DNA of 64,000 nucleotides, taken from the NCBI GenBank assembly GCA_019119305.1, contig DWXH01000025.1, forward strand, positions 18,681 through 82,680. Reading direction: 5' to 3'. The DNA comes from Candidatus Alistipes merdigallinarum. GTDB taxonomy: Bacteria > Bacteroidota > Bacteroidia > Bacteroidales > Rikenellaceae. A program made the position numbers and the translations under genes. The notes beneath the pieces are model-generated. The model was not told the origin of the DNA. It did not search any database and saw only the letters and a program-made list of their open reading frames with translations. Below, piece by piece: positions 30,046-40,590 of this stretch; the first letter of the stretch is position 1; each line of letters opens with the position of its first letter.

Positions 30046-31146
30046 TTAAATCTTTTCGGTGAGTTTTTGTACAACGCGGAAATTGTTGAAAAACTCTTTT
30101 GCGAATACCCGGATTACGTTGTAGGCAGGTATGGCAAGCAGCATACCCAATACTCCGGCCAGCGATCCGGCGATCAGAATCACCAGAAAGATTTCGAGCG
30201 GGTGAGCTTTGGCCCGGTTTGAATAGAGTACGGGCTGCAGCACGAAGTTGTCGATACCTTGTGCAAAAAGGATCGTCCCGGCAATCTTTAGCGCGGTTAT
30301 CGATCCTGTCATGCCGGGATAACCGCTCGTGACTCCGATAAATATGCCGATAGCGATGCCGATTGTCGGTCCCACATAAGGGATAACGTTCAGAATACCG
30401 ACCAAAAGTCCGATGACAAGTACGTCCTGCCCCGGAAGCCCCCACAGCAACAGCCCCAGCGAAACGATAAGGGTCATCAGCGCAGATTCGATAACGATGC
30501 CCGTAAAATAGCGGGTGAGCAGGTTGGTTGTCGAGTTGAGGGCCCGGGATATGTTTTCTTCATATTTTTTTGGGAACATGATGATCACCATGTCGTAGAA
30601 CAGACTGCTCTCTTTCAGAAAGAAAAAGGTGATGAACGAGATCGAAAATGCGGCGATCACCGCGTCGCTCACCGTATTGACGATTGACGAGAGCAGCTTG
30701 TTGATGACATTGACGTCGAGCAGCGGTTTGATCTGGTCGCTGATGGCGTTGATGATCGAGAAGGAGTCGTCGTCGAGTGCGAACGTATGTTTTATGAAGT
30801 GCTCGAACGACATGAGCGGTTCATAAAACGAATTGATGATGTGTGGGATGTCGAGCGACGAAAATTCATTGATTTTCTGGAAGACGATCGGGACGAAAAG
30901 AGCGAAGACTCCGATGATTACGATCCATATGGTCAATAGCGTACACAATGCGGCGAGCCATTTGGGAAAAGGGATTTTGGTTCGTCCGATGTGTATCCGG
31001 CACAGCATGTCGGTCATCGGTTTCCCGATCATGGCCAATACCGCAGAGGTCAGGATATAGGCGACAACGGCGCTGAAATACCATACTAAAAACAGTACGA
31101 TAGCAGTCACGGCTCCAGCGACGATATAGCGGTATATTTTTGACAT
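30046..31146 (-). CDS. AI-2E family transporter (PerM/YdiK-like)
   Basis: 366 aa polytopic protein. 'LNVIPYVGPTIG' and the overall topology are typical of the family. Confidence 0.8.
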   Translation of the reverse strand: MSKIYRYIVAGAVTAIVLFLVWYFSAVVAYILTSAVLAMIGKPMTDMLCRIHIGRTKIPFPKWLAALCTLLTIWIVIIGVFALFVPIVFQKINEFSSLDIPHIINSFYEPLMSFEHFIKHTFALDDDSFSIINAISDQIKPLLDVNVINKLLSSIVNTVSDAVIAAFSISFITFFFLKESSLFYDMVIIMFPKKYEENISRALNSTTNLLTRYFTGIVIESALMTLIVSLGLLLWGLPGQDVLVIGLLVGILNVIPYVGPTIGIAIGIFIGVTSGYPGMTGSITALKIAGTILFAQGIDNFVLQPVLYSNRAKAHPLEIFLVILIAGSLAGVLGMLLAIPAYNVIRVFAKEFFNNFRVVQKLTEKI

Positions 31147-31180
31147 GACCTGTATGTGTTGGCATTGACCGTACCAGGGG

Positions 31181-31858
31181 CTACTGGTGTTGGATGGTTT
31201 TATCGGCTTGATTCAATCGTGCAATCATCGTTTGGGTCCCGACGACCTTGTCACCGAGCTTGACCCGGACATCTGCATCCAACGGCAGAAAAATGTCGAC
31301 TCTCGATCCGAATTTGATGAACCCGCATTGGGTGTTCTGTTCGACCTGGTGTCCTACGCGGGCATAGGATACGATTCTTCGAGCAACGAGTCCTGCGATC
31401 TGGCGGAACATGATCTTCTCTCCGCCCATATCGACAACGGTTGTGGTCCGTTCGTTGTCTTCGGAGGATTTCGGATGCCAGGCTACCAGAAACAGACCGT
31501 GGTGATGGCGGAAATAGTCGATCCTGCCGGCTACGGGGAACCAGTTGACGTGGACATTCCATATCGACATGAAGACCGAGACCACGATACGTTTCTCTTG
31601 AAAATATTCGTTTTCGTCCACCTCTTCCAAGGCCACGATCTTTCCGTCGGCGGGCGAGAATACGGCGCCGGCTTCTGTTTTCATCACACGGTTCGGACTG
31701 CGGAAAAACGAAGTGATGAACAGCGTAATACCCCAGACGATAACGGTTACGATCCATGCAGTCACTTCGGGAAGCAGGGCGAATCCTGCTGCTGTGATGC
31801 CGGCTGAGGCGATCGCGGAACATAAGATGATCGTTGTACCCTCTTTATGGATTCTCAT
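31181..31858 (-). CDS. psd: Phosphatidylserine decarboxylase proenzyme
   Basis: 225 aa from the ATG at 31858 ('MRIHKEG...'), which avoids overlap with cdsA. Contains 'FGSRVD' (self-processing G-S site region). Located in the conserved ftsH-cdsA-psd neighbourhood. Confidence 0.85.
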   Translation of the reverse strand: MRIHKEGTTIILCSAIASAGITAAGFALLPEVTAWIVTVIVWGITLFITSFFRSPNRVMKTEAGAVFSPADGKIVALEEVDENEYFQEKRIVVSVFMSIWNVHVNWFPVAGRIDYFRHHHGLFLVAWHPKSSEDNERTTTVVDMGGEKIMFRQIAGLVARRIVSYARVGHQVEQNTQCGFIKFGSRVDIFLPLDADVRVKLGDKVVGTQTMIARLNQADKTIQHQ

Positions 31859-31883
31859 TACAGTTCGGATTGGTTTTCGTTTT

Positions 31884-32759
31884 TCAAAGTGTAAATATAA
31901 GGGTAAAATAGGTGTAAACAAAAGGTGCGGCCAAAATCAGGGCATCGAAACGATCGAGGAACCCTCCGTGTCCCGGCATGATGTTGCCGGAATCTTTGAT
32001 CCCGACCGACCGTTTGAGCATCGATTCGACCAGGTCGCCGAAGACGCCGCTGATGGCGATGACGGCCCCTGCACCAGCCCAGACGAGTATCGAGTTCGGG
32101 CTGGGGGCGGATAGGTAGCCGCAGATTCCGCCGACAAGGATGGCGCATGCAACACCTCCGAAAAATCCTTCCCATGATTTGTTGGGAGAAATGCGTTCGA
32201 ACAGTTTCCGGCGGCCGAAGGCTACTCCGGTCAGGTAGGCCCCGACATCGTTGGCCCAGACGATGAATAGGATGCTGAGCAGTATCGAGGGCGTGTAAAT
32301 AATGGTTCCGTATACCCCGTTTACGGGCATTGCGGTCAACAGTGCCATAGGGATAGCGATATATACGATTCCTCCGATTCCCCATACGATATTTTCTACG
32401 TGGGTGCTGCTTTTGTCGTAAAGTCCGACGATGAACAGCGCGAAGACAGCGGGAAGGATCCACGTGAATACGCGGGGAGATGCGGCGCCTGTCGCAACGA
32501 AGAATGAGGTGATGACGATCCCCGCTCCGATCAGTATCGGATAGACCCGTAACGGAGACGCCTGCCTCAGTCGGGCGATCCGGTAAAATTCGTTCATCGA
32601 TCCGACAGTCAGCAGCAGCAGCAAAGCCAGCATGCTATAAGGGGACCAAAGTACGGCTCCCAAAACAACGATCAGCAGGCCTGCTCCGCTGAGGGTTCTG
32701 ATGTACAGCGTCTTATTCAGTAGCCGATTCACGGTTTTCTGTTTTGGTTTCCTGGGCAA
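31884..32759 (-). CDS. cdsA: Phosphatidate cytidylyltransferase CdsA
   Basis: 291 aa membrane protein with C-terminal signature 'SMLKRSVGIKDSGNIMPGHGGFLDRFD'. The annotated ATG overlaps the ftsH 3' end by 47 nt, and a GTG at 32732 is an alternative start. Confidence 0.88.
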   Translation of the reverse strand: MPRKPKQKTVNRLLNKTLYIRTLSGAGLLIVVLGAVLWSPYSMLALLLLLTVGSMNEFYRIARLRQASPLRVYPILIGAGIVITSFFVATGAASPRVFTWILPAVFALFIVGLYDKSSTHVENIVWGIGGIVYIAIPMALLTAMPVNGVYGTIIYTPSILLSILFIVWANDVGAYLTGVAFGRRKLFERISPNKSWEGFFGGVACAILVGGICGYLSAPSPNSILVWAGAGAVIAISGVFGDLVESMLKRSVGIKDSGNIMPGHGGFLDRFDALILAAPFVYTYFTLIFTL

Positions 32760-34683
32760 TTATATCGTCTCTGCGCACTTCGCCTTTGCGTTTCCCGAAG
32801 ATTTTTTCAAGGTCTTCAGAGAAGATGACTTCCCGTTCGAGGAGCAGTTCGGCCAACTGAATCATGCCTGCCTGGTGCTCTTTCAACGTGTCGATCGCTC
32901 GCTGGAATGCGCTGTCGACGATCTTTTTCACTTCGATGTCGATCTCTTGGGCCGTTTTCTCGCTGTACGGTTTCGAGAGAGCCATATCGCTTTGTCCGGT
33001 CGAATCATAAAAACTCAAGTTGCCGACCTCGTCGCTCATGCCGTAGTAAGCCACCATGGCATAAGCCTGTTTTGTTACCCGTTCCAAATCGTTCAGCGCT
33101 CCGGTCGAAACTTTACCGAAATGGATCAGCTCCGAAGCACGGCCTCCGAGTATGGCGGCCATCTCATCGAGAATCTGCTCTTTCGTGGTGATCTGCCGTT
33201 CTTCGGGAAGGTACCATGCGGCACCGAGTGCCTTGCCTCGTGGAATGATCGTCACTTTGATCAACGGGTTGGCGTGTTCGAGCATCCAGCTTACCGTGGC
33301 GTGTCCGGCTTCGTGGTAAGCTATGGTCCGTTTCTCCGTCGGGGTGATGATCTTGTTTTTCCGCTCCAGACCTCCGATAATCCGGTCGATAGCACTCAGA
33401 AAATCCTCTTTTTCGACTTGGGTCTTGTTGTTTCGGGCGGCGATCAGAGCAGCTTCGTTGCAGACATTGGCGATGTCGGCTCCCGAAAATCCAGGGGTTT
33501 GGCGGGCCAGGAATTCTCGGTCGATGTTCGGATCGAGTTTCAGGTTTTTCAGGTGGACATCGAATATCTCGCGGCGCTCTTTCAGATCGGGCAGCTCGAC
33601 ATTGATCTGGCGGTCGAAACGTCCGGCACGCAGCAAGGCTTTGTCCAGAATGTCGGCCCGGTTGGTCGCGGCCAATATAATGACGCCGGCGTTTGTGCCG
33701 AAACCGTCCATCTCGGTGAGCAGCTGGTTCAACGTGTTTTCCCGTTCGTCGTTTGACGAGTAGCCGATATTTTTACTTCGGGCGCGTCCTATGGCGTCGA
33801 TCTCGTCGATGAATACGATACACGGAGCCTTCTCTTTGGCCTGACGGAACAGGTCGCGTACGCGCGAAGCCCCGACACCGACGAACATCTCGACGAAATC
33901 CGATCCGCTGATCGAAAAGAACGGTACGTTGGCTTCACCGGCTACTGCTTTGGCCAGCAGGGTCTTTCCTGTGCCCGGAGGGCCGACCAGCAGTGCGCCT
34001 TTCGGAATTTTACCGCCCAGATCGCTGTATTTGTTCGGATTTTTCAGAAAGTCGACGATCTCCATGATTTCGACTTTGGCCTCTTCCAGTCCGGCAACAT
34101 CTTTAAAGGTGATTTTGACTTTCGAGTCCTTGTCGAACATCTGTGCCTTTGCTTTCCCGACATTGAAAATGCCTCCGCCTCCACCGCCGCTGTTGCCGCG
34201 TGACATGCCTCGCCACAGGAACCACCAAATGGCAAAAAAGATCAGAATCGGGAAGAGCAGGGAGAATGCGTCGCGCCAGAAATTATTTCGGTTCCGATAT
34301 TCGATATTTATCACCTGATCGCTATCTTTTTGTGTCTGATCCACTTCGTCCAAGAAGTGGTCTAACGAACCGACGTTGAAAACGAACTGGGGACCTTGTT
34401 CGGTCAATCCCTGCAACTCCTTTTTTGATGCATAATCTGCGACTTTCTCCTTTTTCAGGAAGACTTCGGCGATCTCCTTGTTGTAGATGACGATTTTTTG
34501 TACGTCGCCCTGTTTTATCATGGTCTTGACGGAGTTCCAGTTGGCTTCGTGCGTGACGTTTTCATTGCCTAAAATCCCCCATGCAAGAATGGCTACGGCC
34601 AACGCCATCCATATCCAATAGATATTGAATTTGGGCATTTTGTTTCCTGAAGGCGATATGTTGTTGTTCTGATTGAGTTTCAT
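32713..34683 (-). CDS. ftsH: ATP-dependent zinc metalloprotease FtsH
   Basis: 656 aa. Walker A 'GPPGTGKT', 'IVFIDEIDA', SRH region, and zinc motif 'HEAGH'. Confidence 0.97.
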   Translation of the reverse strand: MKLNQNNNISPSGNKMPKFNIYWIWMALAVAILAWGILGNENVTHEANWNSVKTMIKQGDVQKIVIYNKEIAEVFLKKEKVADYASKKELQGLTEQGPQFVFNVGSLDHFLDEVDQTQKDSDQVINIEYRNRNNFWRDAFSLLFPILIFFAIWWFLWRGMSRGNSGGGGGGIFNVGKAKAQMFDKDSKVKITFKDVAGLEEAKVEIMEIVDFLKNPNKYSDLGGKIPKGALLVGPPGTGKTLLAKAVAGEANVPFFSISGSDFVEMFVGVGASRVRDLFRQAKEKAPCIVFIDEIDAIGRARSKNIGYSSNDERENTLNQLLTEMDGFGTNAGVIILAATNRADILDKALLRAGRFDRQINVELPDLKERREIFDVHLKNLKLDPNIDREFLARQTPGFSGADIANVCNEAALIAARNNKTQVEKEDFLSAIDRIIGGLERKNKIITPTEKRTIAYHEAGHATVSWMLEHANPLIKVTIIPRGKALGAAWYLPEERQITTKEQILDEMAAILGGRASELIHFGKVSTGALNDLERVTKQAYAMVAYYGMSDEVGNLSFYDSTGQSDMALSKPYSEKTAQEIDIEVKKIVDSAFQRAIDTLKEHQAGMIQLAELLLEREVIFSEDLEKIFGKRKGEVRRDDIIAQETKTENRESATE

Positions 34684-34735
34684 GTGTTGTTTTTCGTGAT
34701 TTTTTGATGTTTTGCCGCGGAGCGGCAGGCGATTT

Positions 34736-35086
34736 TTACGATTCGGATTCGTAACGGGTCATCGGAGCATCGGCTCTGAGTTGCTCCAATTTGTAAAAGT
34801 CGCGCAGTTCGGTTTGGAAAATGTGTACGATTACATCTCCGTAATCCATAGCTACCCACACGCTGTTGGTGAGGCCTTCGATTCTTCTTGCCTTTTCATC
34901 GAGTACCTCTTCCGTTTTTTGTTCGATGCCGTGAGCGATCGCTTCGACTTGTGTGGTCGAGTCGGCATTGCAAATTACGAAAGCAGAGCAGATCGTTCCG
35001 TCGAATCCGCTCATATCCAGAGATATGATGTTTTTCCCTTTCTTGTCCTGTATGGCCTCTACAATGGTGTCAATTAATTTGTTCAT
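34736..35086 (-). CDS. rsfS: Ribosome silencing factor RsfS
   Basis: 116 aa. 'DWVAMDYGDVIVHIF' is the RsfS/Iojap hallmark. Located upstream of ftsH. Confidence 0.9.
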   Translation of the reverse strand: MNKLIDTIVEAIQDKKGKNIISLDMSGFDGTICSAFVICNADSTTQVEAIAHGIEQKTEEVLDEKARRIEGLTNSVWVAMDYGDVIVHIFQTELRDFYKLEQLRADAPMTRYESES

Positions 35087-35240
35087 CTTTTTTGTCTCTA
35101 TTCGAAGGGGTAAAGATAGTAAAAAGTTACTAAACCAAAATTTTCGTTTGAAAATGCTCGCTTTTTGCGATTTTTCCCCGATGTTGTTCTGCCGTGATCG
35201 GATTGCTTTTCCGATAGCAAATATCTTGCAAAAATTCCGA

Positions 35241-36134
35241 TCATTTATTCGTTATAGAGAGAATAGACTCTTTTAATGCAGTAGTCAGAGACTGTTTCGC
35301 ATAGGTTCTGCGTACGGCGATCGATATTTTCCGCGAAACGGCTCCTTTAGCCAATATCTTGAATTGGGACCGGTGCGTATCGTCGATGAAGCCCGAAACC
35401 ATCTCCGGAACGATGGTCAGCGAGTTCGGCGTGTTATCTACGATCCGCATCAGCGTTTCGATCGAGTTGCAGTCGAAAGTGTATTGGCGGATCGTGTCTT
35501 TGCGGAGCATACATAACTCGAGGACCTGATCCCTCAGACAATTTCCCTCGGAGAGTAGCAAGAGCCTTCGGGAATCGATCTCTTCGATGCGGATGTTGTG
35601 TCGTTGCCGCAGCGGATGATCGGGAGATACGTAGACGTAAAATCGATCGTTGAAAAGCTCCTCTTCCTGAATGTCGTCCGGAATAGTCCCTCCTGTCATG
35701 ATGGCGGCGTCGAGCATGTCGTGCCGGAGGGCGCGGATGATGTCCCGGTTCATCATCTCGCGGATTTGCAGATCGACCTTCGGATATTTTTTCGTGAAGT
35801 CGGGAATCAGTCGATGCAGCAGATAAGGGGCGATGGTCGGGATGATTCCCAAACGTAGTGAACCCGAAATATCGTTCTTCAGATTAGCGACGATCTCCCG
35901 AATCGCATCGAAAGATTTGACCGTTTCGCGTGCCTGTCTCAGTACGACTTCCCCTGCATTGGTCGGTACGACCGGTTTCCTGGTACGGTCGAGCAGTACG
36001 AGGCCGAGTTCCTCTTCCAGATTCTTTACCTGCATGCTCAAAGAGGGTTGGGTAACGAAACATTTTTCAGCGGCTGCCGAAAAACTGCCGTAATTGGCAA
36101 CAGCCAACAGGTATTCGAGTTGAATGATCGTCAT
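35241..36134 (-). CDS. oxyR: LysR-family redox regulator OxyR
   Basis: 297 aa from the ATG at 36134 ('MTIIQLEYLLAVA...TQPSLSMQVKNLEEELG'). The redox pair motif 'NCLRDQVLELC' matches the OxyR C199-x8-C208 block. The ORF-track N-terminal extension was rejected. Confidence 0.85.
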   Translation of the reverse strand: MTIIQLEYLLAVANYGSFSAAAEKCFVTQPSLSMQVKNLEEELGLVLLDRTRKPVVPTNAGEVVLRQARETVKSFDAIREIVANLKNDISGSLRLGIIPTIAPYLLHRLIPDFTKKYPKVDLQIREMMNRDIIRALRHDMLDAAIMTGGTIPDDIQEEELFNDRFYVYVSPDHPLRQRHNIRIEEIDSRRLLLLSEGNCLRDQVLELCMLRKDTIRQYTFDCNSIETLMRIVDNTPNSLTIVPEMVSGFIDDTHRSQFKILAKGAVSRKISIAVRRTYAKQSLTTALKESILSITNK

Positions 36135-36272
36135 AAGGATAAATCGGATTTTTATACAAATATTATAAATAAAATTTATATTTCCGAGTTTTCTCGAGAG
36201 AAATGTCGTGCACGGATGTGCCGTTCCCAATGAGAATTAGGGAAGGGAATAAAAATGGGTCGCCGGATTTGG

Positions 36273-37250
36273 CTATTTTGTTTTGTCGGGTTTGTCGGAA
36301 AAGAGGCGGCCTTGCCACGTGTCACGTTCTTCGAGCCGTTTCTCGAACTGATTCCAAAGCTGTTCGTTGCGGATCAATCCCCAACAGGGGCCCGCGTGGA
36401 ATCGGGGTGGAGCCTCTCCGGCAAAGCGTTCGACGACCAGGTCGGGACGCAACCGTTCGAGAATGTCGATGAAAAAGTCGATGTACTCTTCTTTGTCGAA
36501 GAAATGGAAATGTTCCGGATGGTGCGCGTACTCCTCGGCCATCGGGGTATTTTTGAAAAGCTGAAGCTGGTGGAATTTGACGGTGTTCAAAGGGAGGGCA
36601 TTGATCGTCTCTGTCTGTTCGAGCATCATCTGTCGGGTTTCGCCGGGTAGTCCGAGGATAAAATGGGCGCCGGTGTGGATGCCTCGCGCTGCGGTCATCT
36701 CCAGTGCGCGTCGTGCACAGGCGAAGTCGTGTCCTCTGTTGACGGTGACAAGCGTTTGGTCGAAACAGGATTCGATGCCGTATTCGATAACGACATAGTG
36801 GTGCTCGGCAAGCGCGGCGAAGTAGTCGAGTTTGCGCTCGTCGATGCAATCGGGACGTGTACCGACGATAATCCCTGCGATTTCGGGCAGTTCGAATGCT
36901 TGCGAAAAAATCTCTTGCAACCTTTCCAACGGAGCATAGGTGTTTGAAAAGGATTGGAAGTATGCGAGGTATTTTTCGGCACTGCGGTAACGCTTGCGGT
37001 GAAATTCTATCCCCTCTTCGAGTTGCTGGCGAATACTTTTTTGCGGTGTGCAATAGGAGGGAGAGAAGGCGTCGTTGTTACAGAAAGTACACCCTCCGGA
37101 TGAGAGCGAGCCGTCACGGTTCGGGCAAGTGAAGCCGGCATTGACCGATAATTTTTGCATGCGTGTGCCGAATAGCCTGCGGAAATATCCGGAATAGCTG
37201 TTGTATCTTCTTCCGTCTCCCCACGGATATGTCGGATTTGTTTCGGGCAT
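36273..37250 (-). CDS. TIGR01212-family radical SAM protein
   Basis: 325 aa. 'GFTCPNRDGSLSSGGCTFC' is the cluster motif characteristic of this family. Confidence 0.85.
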   Translation of the reverse strand: MPETNPTYPWGDGRRYNSYSGYFRRLFGTRMQKLSVNAGFTCPNRDGSLSSGGCTFCNNDAFSPSYCTPQKSIRQQLEEGIEFHRKRYRSAEKYLAYFQSFSNTYAPLERLQEIFSQAFELPEIAGIIVGTRPDCIDERKLDYFAALAEHHYVVIEYGIESCFDQTLVTVNRGHDFACARRALEMTAARGIHTGAHFILGLPGETRQMMLEQTETINALPLNTVKFHQLQLFKNTPMAEEYAHHPEHFHFFDKEEYIDFFIDILERLRPDLVVERFAGEAPPRFHAGPCWGLIRNEQLWNQFEKRLEERDTWQGRLFSDKPDKTK

Positions 37251-37391
37251 GATCGATGGTTAAGTTGTCGATAAAGGTCGGTTTGTTTGCGATTACCATA
37301 CAGTCGTGATCTTGTCGTGCGGGTTGGCATCGATGGTGTGAACCGTACCGGCCGGCCTTGTTCGGGCGGGCATGGCCCGATCCCTTATTTC

Positions 37392-38096
37392 TTAATGAGC
37401 AGACAAGGCCTCGATAAATCCGGGAAACAGGTGCCACAGATGCTCGGTCTGCAACCACAGTTCACGGGCTAACGTCTGACGGGTCGGTTTTTCGCTTTCA
37501 ATATCCGTAAGGTATTCTGCTGTGATTTCGTGGTGGTTGGCGATAAATTCGGCATAAAATACCGGAAAACTCTTTTTGAAATGGATCAGTTCCCCTTGCG
37601 GAAGGGCCCCGGTCTGGCGGAACTCGCTCCACAATTTCAGTATCTCCTTTTCAGGATATTTATCGCTGATGTCGTTGATTACCTCGCCGAAAAGTTCGTA
37701 CTCTTCCAAGGCCACGTAGCTGAAGGCCAGCGGTGTAGTCGCTTCGAGGTGGTCTTCGGGATCCAAATCGAGCAGCATCTCCATCAATCCGGCTGCCATT
37801 TCGAAATCACCCACCAAAAAGTGGTCGATTGCCGATCGTTTCAGTAATTCCAAAACGGGCTGGTTGTCGGATTCGTCCCAATCCAACTGTACCTCATCCT
37901 CATCCGGAATGAGGTCTACCAACTTTTTTACAGCGTCATAGCGCAAATTGCAGGCACGCTCGATCTCACCGTGCCGTTCGCAGTTGCGGGATTGATCCAA
38001 TATGGCTGCGAAATCGTACGCAGTATCGATATCTTCCTGGTAGGTAATGACATAAGCATTTCCGGCAGTCGGAAGGAAACAGGGTATATTCGCCAT
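37392..38096 (-). CDS. Hypothetical acidic, predominantly helical protein
   Basis: 234 aa from the ATG at 38096, which has a -7 box 42 nt upstream. No family recognised by eye. Confidence 0.5.
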   Translation of the reverse strand: MANIPCFLPTAGNAYVITYQEDIDTAYDFAAILDQSRNCERHGEIERACNLRYDAVKKLVDLIPDEDEVQLDWDESDNQPVLELLKRSAIDHFLVGDFEMAAGLMEMLLDLDPEDHLEATTPLAFSYVALEEYELFGEVINDISDKYPEKEILKLWSEFRQTGALPQGELIHFKKSFPVFYAEFIANHHEITAEYLTDIESEKPTRQTLARELWLQTEHLWHLFPGFIEALSAH

Positions 38097-38137
38097 TTCG
38101 GGTAGTGTTAACTTCGGATCGGCATTCAAAACCGCCT

Positions 38138-38145
38138 CAAAGATA
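38138..38145 (-). promoter_or_regulatory. -7 box TATCTTTG (minus strand) for the hypothetical gene
   Basis: Plus-strand CAAAGATA. It lies inside the ORF-track N-terminal extension and so supports the start at 38096. Confidence 0.5.
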
Positions 38146-38185
38146 CGATTTTTTGGATAAAGACTGCATGATCGCGAAAAAATCC

Positions 38186-38193
38186 TACTTTTG
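38186..38193 (+). promoter_or_regulatory. -7 box TACTTTTG for the AraC-family gene
   Basis: 46 nt upstream of the ATG at 38239, divergent from the box at 38138. Confidence 0.5.
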
Positions 38194-38238
38194 TAACTAT
38201 AAAGAGAGATTGACAAATCCGACGAATGTGTAGCATAT

Positions 38239-39189
38239 ATGGGAGAGTCCGGTTACAATAGGGAATCCAAATACCTGATATCGACAGAGGAAGATGAGTT
38301 GTGGGGATTGGTGGTTACCAGTGTGGGGAGCCAGCAGATTTCGGCCAAAGAGGAGTATCCGCCGGCCGGACATCCGCAGGGGTATGCGTTCAATGTCGAC
38401 GAGGGGCGGATTCTGAGCGAGTATCAACTGTTGTATATCACCGACGGAGAAGGAATCTTTACCTATGGCGATTCGCGAGAGTCGCAGTTGATTACCGAAG
38501 GAAAGATGTTTTTTCTTTTTCCGGGCGTGTGGCACACCTATCGTCCGTTTGCCAACAGCGGATGGAAGGAGTATTGGATCGGGTTCAAGGGATCGATGAT
38601 CGACCGGATTGTCGAGGAGGGGTTCTTCCTGAATCAGGCACCCGTTTTCAATATCGGCTTGAATGAGCGTATTGTCGACCTTTATATAAAGGCGTTGGAT
38701 ATTGCCGGAGAGGAGCGGTCGGGGTTTCAGCAGGCATTGGCCGGCATCGTGATGCATATGTTGGGACTGATGTATTACCGGCACAGGACCCGCGACTTTA
38801 TCGATGAGAATACGATCCAAAAGATCAATAAGGCGAAGATCATTATGCGCGAGGGGGTGTATGAAAACCTTTCGGCCAAGGACGTGGCCGATCGCCTGCA
38901 TACGGGTTATTCCGGGTTCCGTAAGGCGTTCAAGGAGTTTACGGGAACTTCGCCCGCCCAATACATGCAAGAGCTGAAACTCAACGAGGCCAAGCTGTTG
39001 CTGACAACGACGACTCGGCCGGTGAAGGATATCTCGTATAGTTTGAAATATGAGAATCCCGAGTATTTTTCGATGTTTTTTAAGCGCAGAACATCCAAGA
39101 CCCCGCTCGAGTATCGGAACCAGAGTCGGTTACATGGAGGTTCCGGGACAGTCGTCCGCGAGACGGCGGAGGAACAGTCCGGGGAGTGA
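38239..39189 (+). CDS. AraC-family transcriptional regulator (cupin-like N-terminus + HTH)
   Basis: 316 aa. C-terminal AraC HTH 'FRKAFKEFTGTSPAQYMQELKLNEAKLLL...YENPEYFSMFFKRRTSKTPLEYR'. Confidence 0.88.
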   Translation: MGESGYNRESKYLISTEEDELWGLVVTSVGSQQISAKEEYPPAGHPQGYAFNVDEGRILSEYQLLYITDGEGIFTYGDSRESQLITEGKMFFLFPGVWHTYRPFANSGWKEYWIGFKGSMIDRIVEEGFFLNQAPVFNIGLNERIVDLYIKALDIAGEERSGFQQALAGIVMHMLGLMYYRHRTRDFIDENTIQKINKAKIIMREGVYENLSAKDVADRLHTGYSGFRKAFKEFTGTSPAQYMQELKLNEAKLLLTTTTRPVKDISYSLKYENPEYFSMFFKRRTSKTPLEYRNQSRLHGGSGTVVRETAEEQSGE

Positions 39190-39233
39190 GACAAGGTGTA
39201 TGGAAATGAAATTTTACGATTAATCAGGAACAT

Positions 39234-40475
39234 ATGGCACAGGATAATCAAAAAATTGAAATAATTCAGATCAATATTTCGGGGGAGGACAAACCCGGTT
39301 TGACCTCGTCGCTGACCGAAATATTGGCCCGTTACGATGCTACGATATTGGATATCGGGCAGGCCAACATCCATCAGACTTTGTCGATGGGTATCTTGTT
39401 CAAAACTGACTCCGACCGGGCGGGCGATATCATGAAAGATCTCTTGTTCAGAGCGTATGAGCTTGGCATACAGGTACGGTTCAAACCTATTTCCGCCGAT
39501 ATGTATGAACATTGGGTCGGCTTGCAGGGGAAAAACCGGTATATCATTACGGTATTGGGAAGAAAACTGACGGCACAACAGATCGCTGCAGTGACCGGGG
39601 TCGTCGCTGAACAGGGGTTGAACATCGATTCGATTTTACGGTTGACGGGACGTATTCCATTGGATGTTGATGCGCGTGCCCCAAAATCTTGTATCGAGCT
39701 CTCCGTTCGGGGAACGCCTCACGATCGTCGGGGAATGCAATCCCGTTTTATGCAGCTCTCAACCGAAATGGGAATGGATATCTCATTTCAAGAGGACAAT
39801 ATGTTCCGCCGCTCGCGTCGTTTGATCTGTTTTGATATGGATTCGACGCTGATCGAAACGGAGGTGATCGATGAGTTGGCTGAACGTGCCGGGGTCGGAG
39901 ATCAGGTCAGGGCCATTACTGAAAGCGCCATGCGGGGTGAAATCGATTTTCAAGAGAGCTTTACGCGGCGAGTGGCCATGTTGAAGGGTTTGGATGAGTC
40001 GGTACTCGAGGATATTGCAGCCCATTTGCCTTATACCGAAGGGTTGGATCGTTTGATGCGCATCCTTAAGAGAATCGGGTTTAAAACGGCGATTTTATCC
40101 GGAGGATTTACCTATTTCGGAAACTACATGCGGCGTAAGTTCGGTTTCGATTATGTATATGCCAATGAATTGGAGATCGTCGATGGAAAATTGACCGGAC
40201 GTTATGTCGGGGACATCGTGGATGGTAAGCGTAAGGCCGAGTTGTTGCGGTTGATCTCGCAGGTTGAAAATGTGGATATTGAGCAGACAATTGCTGTCGG
40301 GGATGGAGCCAATGATCTGCCCATGCTCAGTGTTGCCGGGCTCGGTATCGCTTTCCATGCCAAACCGAAGGTAAAGGCAACAGCCGGACAATCCCTATCT
40401 ACCATAGGTTTAGATGGCATTTTATATTTTCTGGGATACAAAGATTCGTACTTGGATGATAAGCATTTTGTGTAA
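39234..40475 (+). CDS. serB: Phosphoserine phosphatase SerB (N-terminal ACT-like repeats + HAD domain)
   Basis: 413 aa. HAD motif I 'CFDMDSTLI' and motifs 'GDGANDLPML' and 'AFHAKP'. Confidence 0.9.
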   Translation: MAQDNQKIEIIQINISGEDKPGLTSSLTEILARYDATILDIGQANIHQTLSMGILFKTDSDRAGDIMKDLLFRAYELGIQVRFKPISADMYEHWVGLQGKNRYIITVLGRKLTAQQIAAVTGVVAEQGLNIDSILRLTGRIPLDVDARAPKSCIELSVRGTPHDRRGMQSRFMQLSTEMGMDISFQEDNMFRRSRRLICFDMDSTLIETEVIDELAERAGVGDQVRAITESAMRGEIDFQESFTRRVAMLKGLDESVLEDIAAHLPYTEGLDRLMRILKRIGFKTAILSGGFTYFGNYMRRKFGFDYVYANELEIVDGKLTGRYVGDIVDGKRKAELLRLISQVENVDIEQTIAVGDGANDLPMLSVAGLGIAFHAKPKVKATAGQSLSTIGLDGILYFLGYKDSYLDDKHFV

Positions 40476-40520
40476 TATTCCGGGAGGCAGATGATATCAC
40501 AAATAGTTGGAATATTGCAG

Positions 40521-40555
40521 AAAACCCGAAAACTTTTTTAGTTTTCGGGTTTTTG
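40521..40555 (+). terminator. Intrinsic terminator after serB
   Basis: Perfect 13 bp stem AAAACCCGAAAAC/GTTTTCGGGTTTT with a 7 nt loop and a T-run. Confidence 0.8.
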
Positions 40556-40559
40556 TATA

Positions 40560-40567
40560 TATCTTTG
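40560..40567 (+). promoter_or_regulatory. -7 box TATCTTTG for the TetR gene
   Basis: 24 nt upstream of the ATG at 40591. Confidence 0.55.
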
Positions 40568-40590
40568 GGGCGGAATAATAGAAAATTATT

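Noticed and set aside
31859-31921. N-terminal extensions in the ORF track for psd (to 31921), oxyR (to 36230), the hypothetical gene (to 38216), the OMP (to 50090), miaA (to 56425), infB (to 16491) and the LuxR gene (to 41987).
   Set aside because: The extensions overlap upstream genes or contain the gene's own -7 box. The internal ATGs give canonical N-termini such as signal peptides, a P-loop or an HTH.
32713-32759. A 47-nt overlap between the ftsH 3' end and the cdsA 5' end, considered as a possible frameshift or fusion signal.
   Set aside because: Both proteins are complete with normal termini. The overlap most likely reflects an over-long cdsA start call. A GTG at 32732 shortens the overlap to 20 nt. 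There is no slippery sequence.
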